NCBI RefSeq assembly: GCF_006345805.1
Contig: NC_043014.1
Location: forward strand, 33,356,001-33,420,000
Length of the DNA stretch: 64,000 bases
Direction: 5' to 3'
DNA from: Octopus sinensis
Taxonomy: Eukaryota
In this document: piece by piece, positions 38,778-51,661 of the stretch
Numbering within the stretch: the stretch's first letter is position 1
Layout: each line of letters starts with the position of its first letter
Notes under the pieces: generated by a model
What the model was told of the DNA's origin: nothing
What the model saw: the letters and a program-made list of their open reading frames with translations, nothing else
Database searches by the model: none
Position numbers and translations under genes: made by a program

Positions 38778-41700
38778 AGTGCCGTCCGGGGCGGTTATTT
38801 ATTTGACCGCCCCTTAAAAATTCTAATAACACTTCAAAATGCCAAGAACGTTTATGTACATGAAACTTCAGATGATCATTGACTGCTATGTAACACTTGT
38901 TAGTACGTATACACCAACTAGTACATATACTCCAACTTGTCTGAAGGTGAAAAGATTTCCTTCAACATGTCTGAAAGAAATTGGAAGATTCTTAAAGCTG
39001 ACAAAATTAACATGTATGCAAAATAAGAAGACAAACTGTAGCAACCATTTTCCCTCAAATTTACTTTTATTATATTTAGGAAATAATATGTTAAAGAACA
39101 GAAGATGAGTGAATTACAAAAATAAACGATTTGCGAATTGATTTTACGTGCCTTCCTCTTCGCGAAATCTTGAATGACTTCATTAAAATTAATTTTATCT
39201 GGATAGTATTGCCAAATCAGGCAACCTTGCTTGACTTATTGTTGACCTGAGGTGGTTCTTGATGAGCTTTAGTTTAAAAAAAGGTCCGTTCACAGCTAGC
39301 AACACTAATGATACGAGTTAGGAAGACTCTTGATAATATTACAATATTTGGCATTGAATCAATAAGATTATATTTCTGAATAAACTGAAGAACTTGCAAA
39401 GGCCCTTCCATGTCTTCAGCGTCAGCAGCCGCCAAATAATTTTGTAGTCTTGTCCTTTCAACCAGAAAGTCTTCACTCTTAACATTCTCATCAGAAGTAT
39501 CTACATCACAATTACACTTTTTATCTAACAAATTGGAAGATGTGAGAAAGGAGAATTTCTTTGCAATATAATGAAGTCTTTCGAACCAAGAGGTTATTTC
39601 TTCAACCAAGCAATCTATCACTGTCAACATTTCTCTTCTTAGCTCAGCGTCGTAACAGAGCGGCATCGATTCTTTCTTTGTAGCTCATTCTTTTCTTTTT
39701 TCGACGCTCTGTGCTGATTCCCATATCAGAGCAGATTTCGGTTGAACAGACCGACGCGTCACCTACTGTTTTGTCTCTGCTTACAAGTTGAGACGTTTTC
39801 AAAGCTGATAGTTTAATGGCACATTGTTGCAACTCCAGACCTTTCGTTTGGAGGTACTTTTGAGTGTCATTAATTTCAGGAAGTATATCTCTCCAAAGGC
39901 CAAGAAATGACAAGAAAATAAAATGACCGCATCACCTGAAGAATTAAATCTGCATCAGAACTCGTAGTTGCATTTTGTCCATCTTCCATCAGCCGTTCTA
40001 GTGCAGCGATGATTTCCTTGAATTTTGTATGTACAACTTTCACTGCATCTGCTCGACAACTCAATCTCGTTTCCCCAGCCCGTTTGATAGTTAACCAGTT
40101 ATCTCAATCAAGATATCCCATCGATGAGTTGAGGCTGAGAAGAATGAAAATAAACGGTCCAATGTGCCAAAGAATGTAACTGAATCTGCACCCATTATCG
40201 ATGAAGTGAAACAGAGTAAATACTATTGCATTATTTTTGATAGTACCCCAGATATTTCTCATATTGACCAAATTCCCCAGGTGCTACGTTATGTATATAT
40301 TCAGAGAGTGATTGATGCATGGCACAAATACAATCTTTGGATCAACTTCTGTGATGCGCGCTTGAACACCGGATCGATGACCTGCCATTACTGTCGCGTT
40401 ATCAAATGCTTGTCCACGACAGTCTTGACTACTAATGTCGTCCATTTCTAATTGTTTTAGAATCATTGATGTAATTTGCTCAATAAAACGAAGAAAGGAT
40501 TCTTCTACTTTTACTTCCTGTTCATCTATTTTAACATAACGTAGCACCTGGGGAATTTGGTCAATATGAGAAATATCTGGGGTACTATCAAAAATAATGC
40601 AATAGTATTTACTCTGTTTCACTTCATCGATAATTTCTTTCTCACTTAATCTCCCAGGACGTTCACAAATTCATTCTGAATTTTTGGTGAGAGACAGGAA
40701 GTTGTAAACTTAACAATTTTTACTTTAGTCATGTAGCACTGGGTCGAATTTTCCAATCAGTTGAGCAAGTTCCAGAAAATTTCCTTTATTTTTATTTGCC
40801 TTTTCAACTTGAATGTCTTCTCTTTGGCCTCGTAAAGCGAGTTTTTGCTTAGCAAGAAACATAATTATGTCCAAGAATCTAGTCAGGATTTGCTTCCATT
40901 TCTTTGTTTCATTTTCAGCAAGAGTTTGTTGCGCTTTGTCTATTACATTGCCTTTGGAAAGATGAATTTCTAGCTCTTTCCACTGAGTGAACGCATTCTC
41001 ATGCGCAGGGTTAGATTTATGTTCTTGTATCTTAAGATTCAACTTCCACCAAGATTTGAAGCCATCAACTGAGTAAAACTTTGAGTTTTCACTTGAAAAT
41101 AGCTTACAACAAAAACAAAACACGGTTTCTTTCAATGGAGAGTATATCATCTAAGTTCCCGTTTTGTAAAGTTCGAAAAAAAACCCAGTTTCTCGACAGT
41201 CTTCTAATCTCCCCTTTCAGTTTTGTTACTTGTTCTGGACATGCAACTTATTTGAATTCACAGTCAATATTTTTCACAGCTTTCCATCCTTGTTGTACAA
41301 AAATTTCCCGAATACCGTCACCGTGATTAAACTTAGCAAGCCACATCCCAATGTGTTTCAAATTAATATTAGAGTTTTGTTCTTCAGTAGTTTGTGGTGG
41401 ATCAGCATCATCAACTTCATCTTCTATTTTCTTTTTCAAGTTGCATTTCATTAACATCATCTTCATGACCTACAGTAATACCAGTTTCGTCTGGACGGTC
41501 GGGTCTGATGAGAAATTTAATTATGGCACCTTCATTTCACCTTTCTTCTCTCGTTTTTCTGTCTTTCCTTTTTTTTGTTTGTTTGAAATGCTGCACTGCT
41601 GTCCTTAATTCACTCCATCTCAAATTACATCAGTGATATCGTGAATTTATATGAATAAAACCAAATTGAGTATAGACCAACCAAAAAATAAAAATCAACT

Positions 41701-42280
41701 TTCTGAATATCATCGACACACTGTCTTATCCAGTAACACACCATATTACTGTATTAACAATATTATACTGTATATTACACAATATTAACACACAATACGT
41801 GGAGGCGCAATGGCCCAGTGGTTAGGGCAGCGGACACGCGGTCGGAGGATCGCGGTTTCGATTCCCAGACCGGGCGTTGTGTGTGTTTATTGAGCCTAAA
41901 AACACCTAAAACAGCTCCACGAGGTCCCGGCAGGGGGTAGTGGCGACCCCTGTTCTACTCTTTCGCTCCAACTTTCTCTTACTCTTTCTTCCTGTTTCTT
42001 AAGTAACGCTGCGATGGGGGGGGCACATACCCCATAGAAACCGAGAAACCGGGCCCATGAGCCTGGCTAGGCTTGAAAAGGGCGCATAACTAATAACTAA
42101 CACACAATACAAGTTTACTGATGACAAATTTAAATTTTAAGGAAATTTTAATAGCTACTATACATTATTAAAGTTTGTAATATTCATACTGCATTTTTAC
42201 TCTTGATATATTAATACAAATAAATTGTGCCGCCCAGGGCGGACCGCCCCACCCCCACTTGTACATAAATCTGTCACTAA
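38778..42280 (-). mobile_element. hAT-superfamily DNA transposon relic (ZMYM1/Tip100-like transposase pseudogene at 39130-41470)
   Basis: TTF-type zinc finger VFCFCCKLF..EHKSNPAH; LALRG..GNFLEL; IIFDSTPDISHIDQ; CRGQAFDNATVMAG; VPCINHSLN; dimerisation VASCERTF..LKLIKNHLRST; GC-rich gggcgg..ccgcccc subterminal motifs at both ends. Confidence 0.9.
41799..42097 (+). mobile_element. SINE family C nested in the hAT element
   Basis: A/B boxes; 13-bp TSD taacacacaatac. Confidence 0.9.
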
Positions 42281-42772
42281 TTTCACATTGGAATTTTTTC
42301 CAGACCTGAAACTACAGATGTTTTCACCACAAAGGCTACACCAGATAACTTCTTATAGTCCTTACTGCAATTGTCTGCATCATTGTTATTATTATTAGTC
42401 TCCAATGAATGTGGTTTGCCATTTTAGGCTATGACTAGCTTTTCAAAAAAAAAAAAAAGAAAAGACGAATCGAACGATAGTGATGCCGGTGCGTTAAGCG
42501 ATACCTGTGTACAATGCTTTTTAAAGTGAGGAGAGGCCTTGCACAATATCAATTCTACTCCCTGAGCAACGATGACAGATACTCCAAAAAGAAGAACTAG
42601 TCTACATTATTTGTGGTGATAAGTTTTACATCAGAGTTTTCCTTCTCATAGAGTGATGGTCCTACAAGGTTTAGGGGCATCTCATTCCCAGTAATGTGGT
42701 ACACCATGCCTACATTCTCATTCCCGTGGTTCTCTGCTGACTGAAAATGCCGTTCCTGCCCATTGCTGGAAA

Positions 42773-43047
42773 GGCATTCTTTCGATATAACTCGACAAAA
42801 TCAAAACGCTTCACTTTGGGTATTTCTGTGGAAGCAAATGACAGTTCGATTCTGTTTTCTGCTTGGAAATTTTCGGATTTTACATACACACATGAAACAG
42901 GCAAGAACAAATATGCAAGGCTTTTTTTTCTTCAAGTTTAAAATGAGACATTGCCGGCACAATTTCGTTATATCCTATACTCTACAACCCACGGAAATAC
43001 CCGAAGTAAAATGTCTCGACCTTGTCGAGCTATATCGAAGGAATGCC
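42773..43047. mobile_element. MITE with ~59-bp TIRs and 8-bp TSD (Merlin-like)
   Basis: gctggaaa|GGCATTCTTTCGATATAACTCGACAA ... TTGTCGAGCTATATCGAAGGAATGCC|gctgaaaa. Confidence 0.8.
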
Positions 43048-43484
43048 GCTGAAAATGTGTCAATCCTCTGCGCAGCCACTGTTTTCTGCCCCAAAGTCAC
43101 CTGTTTGTCGATGATTGCTGCAGGAACTACTGCTGTCCACGAGAAATAGGAAGACCAAGTTTATGTAAACAATATTGGATGGCCGTTGGTTTTAATGAGG
43201 TCATCCACCTTTTCACAGGTTTTGTTTTTCATCCAGCAATATCCATTCACTCACTTCTCTAAGCAATCTTAGTAAGCGTTGTCAGTTTAGTTGCTGACTA
43301 CTCGACCATGCAGCAGGCTGTATCGCTTTACATGTCACCAGTAGCACTCACAAGCGAACTGACATACATACAAACATACACACACAGCCACCCACACACA
43401 CACATACATACATACTTACGTACATACATACATACATACATACATACATACATACATACATACATACATACATACATACATACA

Positions 43485-44082
43485 TTATGGCTGCCCCCTC
43501 GTTATCGAGTATGACCATTGCACGAAGCTTAACTGTTACTGGTGCTGTGATCGAATGTGACTTTTTAGCCCAGCCAAAGATCTACAATGTCTTGTACAGA
43601 ATTGGCAACTAAAACCTTTACAGGTAATAGCCGGCTGTAGCTGTAACTGGGCTTCATGTACCTTTGCATGTCGTTTAAGTCCTCCTGCCGAATTACACTC
43701 TCTTCCACATGCCTGACAGATATGATTAGTATGGTGTGTAACACCACCACCAGTGGCCAGGTTGTCACTCATTTGTCTCGCTTTATGACTACGAAGATGA
43801 CTCTTGAGTTCAGCTTTACTGAGGCAGGGTCTTGCACAGACACTACATGTCAGCATCATAGGAAGACCCTTCCCATCTGGAAGTGTAACAGCGATGCCCT
43901 TCCTGACATCCCTCCTTACTGTCTCATGCGCAACTCGAGATTTCTCAAAAGTGGCTGTCCCCTCATGCACAATCCTTCTCCATCTGCTACGATCAATAGC
44001 TATGCCTTCCCATGTGTCAGGAGAGATGCAAGCATCTCTTAAGAAAGCCTTCAGCAAGTCCTTATGCCTCTTTTTCGGTTTA
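43485..44082 (-). mobile_element. RTE LINE 3' end encoding three C2H2 zinc fingers
   Basis: KPKKRHKDLLK..TWEGIAIDRSRWRRIVHEG (RTE C-terminus), then CSVC..HLRSH, CQAC..HAKVH, CQFC..HIRSQH; short 3' UTR and (TGTA)n tail. Confidence 0.88.
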
Positions 44083-44094
44083 TACATACATACA

Positions 44095-44127
<33 letters not shown>

Positions 44128-44519
44128 GTGTGTGTGTGTACACACATATACACACAAGTGGGCAAACATACCTATATACATTTATACACCCATAGCTACA
44201 TGCATACATATCGCAATACATTTTGTCCGATCTTGTAACAATTCTGGCAATCTACTGTCCAATAGTGATACGGTATTTATAGACCCCGAAGGAATGAAAA
44301 GCAAAATTGATTTCTGTAGGATTTGAACTTAGAACGTAGACATCCCAAACGAATAGCACAAGTCAATTGTATCTGTTGATCTAGCGACTCTGCCAGTTAG
44401 CTTTACATACATACAATACATACATGCATGCAAATATACATATATACATACATTGCGTGCATACATACATACATACATACATACATACATACATACATAC
44501 ATACATACATACATACATC

Positions 44520-45005
44520 ACCCACATCATAAGCAGTTGTTTGAAAATGTCATAACGGTTTTATCTACCGATGAGGCATGATGTTGTAGCTAGGAAACTC
44601 TATAATAAAATCCGTCTGAAGGCTAGCTTTGAGGACAAAGAAATAGGAATCCATAGTATGGTAGAAGCCATAGCCACTCATAATAAAAAGGAGTACTGGT
44701 GGAATGTCCCAGTGAAGACTTCAATAAAATGTAAGCACAACAGACTTGATATAATGATTTGGGATAGAAAATAGAAACTGTGTGCAGTTGTGGAAATTAG
44801 CTGCCCAGCAGATGTTAACATAAAGCTGAAGGTCAGTGAAAAAGAGAATACTTACGCTGAACTATTGAGAAATCTGCAATTACTCTATCTAGACTACAGG
44901 TTCAGATTTATACCTGTAATTATTGGGGCCGTGGGAAATGTAATACACTGCCTAAATACCAATCTTGAGAAATTAGGCTTTTCAAAACCAGAAAGGAGAA
45001 AGTGC
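44520..45005 (+). mobile_element. R4/Dong-type restriction-like endonuclease fragment
   Basis: HIISSC..MRHDVVAR..NRLDIMIWD..EISCP..KENTY..IPVIIGAVG. Confidence 0.85.
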
Positions 45006-45379
45006 TAATACGGCAAAGCAGTAGAGATACATCTTGAAGGAATGGTCAGAATATATACACAATGGTTTAACATGCAGATGATACATAATGATGATGTATG
45101 ATGGATAGAACAGGAAAACAAATATGAGACATACTTCTGCTGGAGGACAGGAACATCGTACATGTCAAAGGAATAACTGAGGTTGCCTGCGGAATAAACG
45201 TGTTCTCTGCCGAAGATCCGAACTCTATAATGCAAACACACGTCACCGAAGAAAAAGCTTCCTTATACTGCTAAGGGTAACACGCTTGGCTGGTCTGTTA
45301 CGTCATGGGGTGTACAGCCCACGTAAAGCTAGAGGGACTTGACCATTACGTGATGAGCCAGAACCAAACTGTGAAAATG

Positions 45380-45620
45380 CTTGTTACAATCTTGTTTTCC
45401 TTCATCATTTTATCAACTAAAACAATGTCTGGTCTCCGAGCATCAATCACTGAATCACACTGGATTGTAAAATCCCACAAAATCTTATACTGATTATTCT
45501 TGATGATGCCTTCTGGTTTATGCTCGTACCTTTTCAATGTCCTTTCAAGACTACGCTTCTCATACAATCTCCGATGAATGTACTTAACTTACATTATCAT
45601 GCCTCCTTTTGCATTATTGT
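45380..45620 (-). mobile_element. R4/Dong-type RLE fragment (different family)
   Basis: RHDNV..YEHKPEGII..KILWDFTIQCD..ARRPDIVLVDK. Confidence 0.85.
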
Positions 45621-45654
45621 TATTGACAAGATGGTGGGATTACGATTGAACTCC

Positions 45655-47550
45655 TAGAGAGGCAGATCGATGCCGTCAGATAGCGTCGTCGGACGCTGGA
45701 CTGGTGGACCAGTTAAACTGCTCGGGGTCTGGTTTGGTCCCGACCTCCAAGTGGATAAGAATTGGGAAGAGGTGACGAACAGGATGACCTCTCTTACCCA
45801 GAAATAGGCTGGGAGGAAGTTATTCCTGAAAGGTGGCAAATGCCTACATCGCCTCTGTCATTATTTATCGTCTGACCGTTGTGCCTTGCCCCAGTTACTG
45901 CTTGATTAGATTAGAGCATATCCTGTTTATTTTCTTGTGGAAGGGACGCATTCCAATGGTCAGGCGGTTGGTCTGCTGCCAACTTCCTTTGCGTGGCAGC
46001 TTAGGTATGCTGTGGATTTTAATGTGCAGACACGCACTCAGGTTGCGCCACCTGCAGCGATTTCTAGAAAGTGAACGTGTGTGGACTCCGTTTGTGAGAT
46101 ATGCTTTTCCACAGCTCGTCCCCTTGACGAAGCTGTAGTCTTGGGTAAAAGATAGGCTGAGACTGGGCGCCTGGGACTTAGAATGTCGTCAGGCGCTCAC
46201 TGTCCTCTACAAGTCGGGCAATAGGATCGGTGGATGTTCCACTTTAGAAATTTACAGAGGATTAGTAATGGCGAAATGCAACGACATCCTCAGAGAGACC
46301 CTAGGCGTCGACGAAGACGAACTGGCAAGTCTATTCTGGAGGACTTTCCAGTTAGGGACAATTATGGATAATTTCTAGAAATCTTTGGCCTGGCAATGCT
46401 ACCAGGGGGCGGGGCGTTACAGGTTCAAGATAAACTTTACAGGCACGATGTGCTGTCAGACAGGCATGTCCAAGGTACACGCAGAAAGACGAAACTGTTC
46501 TACATGCACTAGTTTAGTGTCCGGACATTGCTGCTTTGTGGAGTCATCTGCCGAGGTCGACTTTGCCTTTCATCCTTTCGGGGTCGATTAAGTAAGTACC
46601 AGTTACGCACTGGGGTCGATATAATCGACTTAATCCCTTTGTCTGTCCTTGTTTGTCCCTTCTGTGTTTAGCCCCTTGCGGGTAGTAAAGAAATAGATTT
46701 GTGGAGTTATGTCAAACAGCTGCTGTTGTGTGTAGGACAGATCTGTCTGTTGTCCGAGTCCATAATGATGATTGCTCCGCTGCTCTCCTTTAATCGGGCT
46801 GGCAAGGCAGTTTTCCTTTGTCTGGTGGCTGTGGCTGTGAACTTGTGTGGACTTCGTTTGTGAGATATGCCTTTCCACAGCTCGTCCCCTTGACGGAGCT
46901 GCAGTCTTGGGTAAAGGATAGGCTGAGACTGGGCACCTGGCACTTAGAATGTCGTCAGGTGCTCACTGTTCTCTACAAGTCGGACAAAAGGATCGGTGGA
47001 TGTTCCACTTTGGAGATTTACAGAGGATTAGTAGTGCAATGATATTCTCAAGGAGACCTTAGGTGTCGACGAAGATGAACTAGCAAGTCTATTCCGGATG
47101 AATGAGGCTGAAAGGAATGAGGACAGAAACTTTCCTCTTTGGTAAAGCTCTCATTTACTTTTTCAAGTTTCACTTGAAATGGGACGTGAGGGTAGAGAGG
47201 GAGATACTGTCCTCGAGTGAATTTATGAAAAGGTGGGTAAAAGTTGCGAAAAAGGCAAGAGTGGATGGTACCACTCTCAGTGCAGATCTGTGAGTCAGAA
47301 GAAAGAAGTTGGAGTGGGCTCTCGTCCTTGGTACTCAGGGACGAGATGGCGGGGTTCCTTGATTATCTCAGGGGGATCCCATCATATTCACTTTTTTTCC
47401 CTTCTTATTCTAGTATTGTATACTATGTATTCTTCCCTTCTTCTAATGTATACCACGTATACTCTTTATTTTATCATTCCATTATATGTAAACCCCAACA
47501 CTTTATATCTGTCATTGTATTGTTCCCCTCATCCTTTGCCCTGGTGGCAA
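45655..47550 (+). mobile_element. L1/Tx1-clade LINE 3' portion, with nested family-B SINE (46545-46697) and internal duplication
   Basis: LGVWFGPDLQ..NW..YRL..FIFLWKG..GSLG; CP..ETVLHAL..CP zinc-knuckle remnant; SINE flanked by a tttgtggagt TSD. Confidence 0.85.
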
Positions 47551-48185
47551 CTAAAAGAAATCATAATCATCATCATCATCATCATCATTTAGGCGACGAG
47601 GTGGCAGAATCATTAGCATGCTGGATGAAATGTTTAGCAGTATTTCGCATGTCACTACGTTCTGAGTTCAAATTCCACCGGGATCGACTTTTCCTTTCAT
47701 CCTTTTGGGGTCAATAAATTTACTACCAGTTGAGTGTTGGGGGCGATGTAATCAACTATCCTTCTCCGCCAAATTTCGTGCCTTGTGCCTATAATAGAAA
47801 GGACTATTATTATTATTATTATTATTATTATAAAGGCATGTGGATTAGTGGTTAGGGTATTTGTGTCCATGATCGTAAGGTCACAAGGTTGATTCCTAGT
47901 GGGGCATTATGTTCTTGAGTAAGACACTATATTTCATATTGCTCCCATTCACTCAGCTGGCAAAAATAAGTTGTACCTGTATTTCAAAGGGCCAGAGGGC
48001 CAGCCATGTCACATTCTGAGTCACACTGAGTCTCCCCGAGAACTACATTAAGGGTACGCATGCCTATAGACTTTCACATTAATTTCACGACCAGGCTGTT
48101 CCATTGATCAGATCAACTAGAACCCTCATTGTCATAACCAATAAAGAGATAGTATACATACATACATACATACATATATATATAT

Positions 48186-48230
<45 letters not shown>

Positions 48231-48414
48231 CTTATGCCAATCACCATGCAATGACTAAGGAAAATAGTCTAATAATGGGGCATATAAGCTCGCAACAGAA
48301 AAAAGAAGGCTTCAGTGAACACCATAAGCTTTAAGCTTATATAAAAAAGGCCCAATAAACTTGCTGGTCTTCTGCCAAAATTTGAAACCATTATTACTAT
48401 TATTATTATTATTA

Positions 48415-48968
48415 TTGAGTGAGAGAGCAGTGCATGCCATCAAAGTGACACTGGGGTAAAATATACGAAGCCCAATATACCCATCATGACTACCCGTCTG
48501 ATAAAGGTACACCAGGCACATGCATCACAACCATATGTGCGCGACATGGTGATCTCATATCAAGATAAACAGCACATGACTTTGCAGGTGGGGCCCAGTT
48601 AGAATTTTCTTCAGGTTGAGTAGCCCATCCCGCTCAAAAGGTCCCTGAATAAGGGTTGTTTAAGGATGTTGAAAGAACCACCCATGTTTCCAGAGGTGAA
48701 TTATTCAAACCCCAAAGAATCCCTCTCAACACATGGCTATGATGCTCCCCCACTATTTCTGCTCGTGATCAGAGATGCACATATCGTCAGCCACTAAGGG
48801 ACATGCTCAACTGGTTAAGGTCAAACAACTGACAAGCAAATCTGTGGTATTGAGCAGAATATTTGCTGTAGCCCATCTTTTATACCAAGACAAAACAATG
48901 TACATGATAACACTTCCAATCAGTTAAGATCAGAAGCCATGAGAGCCACTGCCTGGTACTGCATCAGT
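48415..48968 (-). mobile_element. ~550-bp non-coding interspersed repeat embedded in (AAT)n
   Basis: Further fragments at 51830-51995, 63710-63800 and 63880-64000. Confidence 0.75.
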
Positions 48969-48977
48969 ATTATTATA

Positions 48978-49023
<46 letters not shown>

Positions 49024-49084
49024 TAAGGAGTTTACAGGATTGTAAAATACGACGCTGTATAACTAAACCATTCGTACCAAAAGC

Positions 49085-49118
<34 letters not shown>

Positions 49119-49485
49119 TGCGTCATGCTGAATAGTCCTGAGAACTATGTAAAGGATATGCGTACCTGTGGAGTGCTCAGCCACTTGCACATTAATTTCA
49201 TGAGCAGGCTGTGCCATTGATCAGATCAATTGGAACCCTCATCATTGTAACTGAAATAGTGCCAGATAATTGAAGGCAGTGATCTGGTAGAATGGTTAGC
49301 ATGCCTGGCTAAATGCTTGGTGATATTTTGAATGTCTTTATGTCCTGAGTTCAAATTCCACCAAGGTTGACTTTGCCTTTCATCCTTTTGAAATCGATAA
49401 AATAAGTACCTGCTGAGTACTGAGGTCAATGTAATTGACTTACCTCTTCCTCTAAATTTCAGGCCTTGTACCTATAATAGAAAGA

Positions 49486-49516
<31 letters not shown>

Positions 49517-49553
49517 TATTGTCTTTGCATAGTTTCTAACACTGGAGATGTAC

Positions 49554-49635
<82 letters not shown>

Positions 49636-49639
49636 TTCT

Positions 49640-50925
49640 TTATATCACAGGTTTTGTTGGAGCACCTGGAGTCTTGCATGCGTAGCGGGCTTACTACCTG
49701 CAGCCTACGGTACCATGTTATTTGTTTCTTTCAGTTATCTAATACTTTCCTGATTATTCTGACCGTGCCAAGGAGGCAAATCGTTTGTAACAGTTCTACT
49801 GGGCACTCTATTCCAATTTCCTTGAAGCTTTCTGATACTGTTCCCAGAGGGTTGTATTTATCCGTCTTTTCGCCTTCCTTCTTAACTGTTTGTGGGTCAA
49901 AGGAGCATGCAACATTAACTATATAACATATGTGGTGCACCTTGTCACTCACAACAAGGTCCGATCTATTATGCTCTGGCACCTGATCTGTTTGGACTGG
50001 GAAATCCCAGAGGATTTTGCTAGTCTCCGACATCACCACTCTCTTCGGCTTGTGCTCACACCACATTTTGCCTCTCTCTAGCCCCCACTTTCGCACAGTT
50101 TCCAATGTAGCACTTTCACTATCTGGTCATGTCGCCACAATTTGTAGTGGTTTTGGGCAAGTCTAAGGCATTCGTTTGTTATATTGGCAATGGTTTTATC
50201 CACTCTATTGCAGATGCAGCACAGCGGAGATACTTGCTCATTCCTCAGTTTGACCCTTCAGTTCATGGTCAAAACTTGGTCCTGCACTGCCACTATAGTG
50301 TTCTCAGTCACTTTTTTTTAGGGTTTCTTTCATCAGCCAATCCCACCTATTTTTTCCAGCAACTTCTGTTGTGGCTACATAGAATTGATTATGTAGTCCT
50401 TTCTTGCGTTATTCTTCTTCATGTCCTTTGTGTATTTCTTCCTTTGTTTTTCCTTTCTTCTCTGCTCTCAATATTCCCTTGTTCCTAACTGTCACCAGCA
50501 AGGTTTCCTTACTTTGGTTTAGGTATCACTTTAAGCTCTCGAATTCGATAAGCAAGCAGGCTTCCACACTTATCAGTCCCCTTCCTCCATTTGCTCTCTT
50601 GTATATCTTGCTCTCTCATGTATAGACAATGAGTGTCTGCATGTGGATGATGGGCTCCATGCATCGTTAGGAGCTTTCTTGACTTCCTGTCCATCTCCTT
50701 TAGCTCCTCCTCTGTCCACTTCAGGATTCCAGTGCCACACCAACTGCTATGACTGCACGCGAGTTTATTGCCAAAATTATGTTTTTTTGCACTCAGCTTT
50801 GAAGCCAATATTTTTCTTGCCACAGGTATTCTCTTTTTGTCTTTTCATTTATGTTGTGGTGTTTGATTCTATCTGCCTCAAGTATTCCCAGGCATTTATA
50901 ACTGGATTGAGGTTGAATTGCCTTC
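49640..50925 (-). mobile_element. R4/Dong-type LINE 3' end (RT C-terminus, CCHC, RLE) with (AAT)n tail
   Basis: KWTEEELKEMDRKSRKLLTMHGAHHP; RHDQI..HW; KILWDFPVQTD..NRSDLVV..VACSFD..EKTDKY..LLQTICLLGT. Confidence 0.9.
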
Positions 50926-51169
50926 ATCATTTCACCAATTAGTATTTATTTATTTATTTATTTATTTACTTATTTATTTTCTTACTGCTCCCTCCAAACC
51001 AGCTATGCTACTGGCTATGATGATCATGACGATCATTTGAAAGGCTTACAAGATTAGTTATGTAAAATGAAAAAGTTATCTACTAACTAGTAGTCAAGGA
51101 CTGGGTGGTTTTGTATTATAAAGGAGGATGGATTAAATCTGTCAATTCACCACATATATACACCCTTAC

Positions 51170-51225
<56 letters not shown>

Positions 51226-51531
51226 AACATGCATATATATACACACACACATACACCCATACAGTAAAAAAGGATCTAAGGTCCTTCCCAAGTCATAGGC
51301 TCATAAGGCTGGTTTCCCAGATTTTGTTGTGTATATATTCTTCCCCTGGATGGGACCTTCGTCTGTCACAGGATTACTCATTTTTAGCAGCTGAGTGGGC
51401 TGGAGCAACATGAAATGAAGTTTGCTATGCACCTTCACATACATACATGCAAACATGTATTTCACTTATTCTTTCACTCTTCACTGCTGTCACCATCTAC
51501 ATTTCAATGAAGAGTATTGTTTCTTTTTTAG

Positions 51532-51661
51532 AAACAAACTCTCTCTTTATGCATGCATGATGACCACTACATCTCAAATGAAAGCTATCTCATATGAAAC
51601 ATTTACATTTTATTGGATTACACAATGTAGTAAAACTATAATTTTCTTTTGCCTTTGGTCA
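51532..51661 (+). CDS. Candidate exon of plus-strand gene (may be UTR)
   Basis: Acceptor ttgtttcttttttag|, donor TCA|gtaagt, one open frame (NKLSLYACMM..FFCLWS). Confidence 0.3.

Noticed and set aside
39130-41470. Domesticated ZMYM1-like host gene
   Set aside because: Multiple stops, frameshifts and an inverted insertion; transposon relic
43536-44165. Host C2H2 transcription-factor gene
   Set aside because: The N-terminus is microsatellite, the middle is RTE C-terminal sequence, and it ends in a LINE tail
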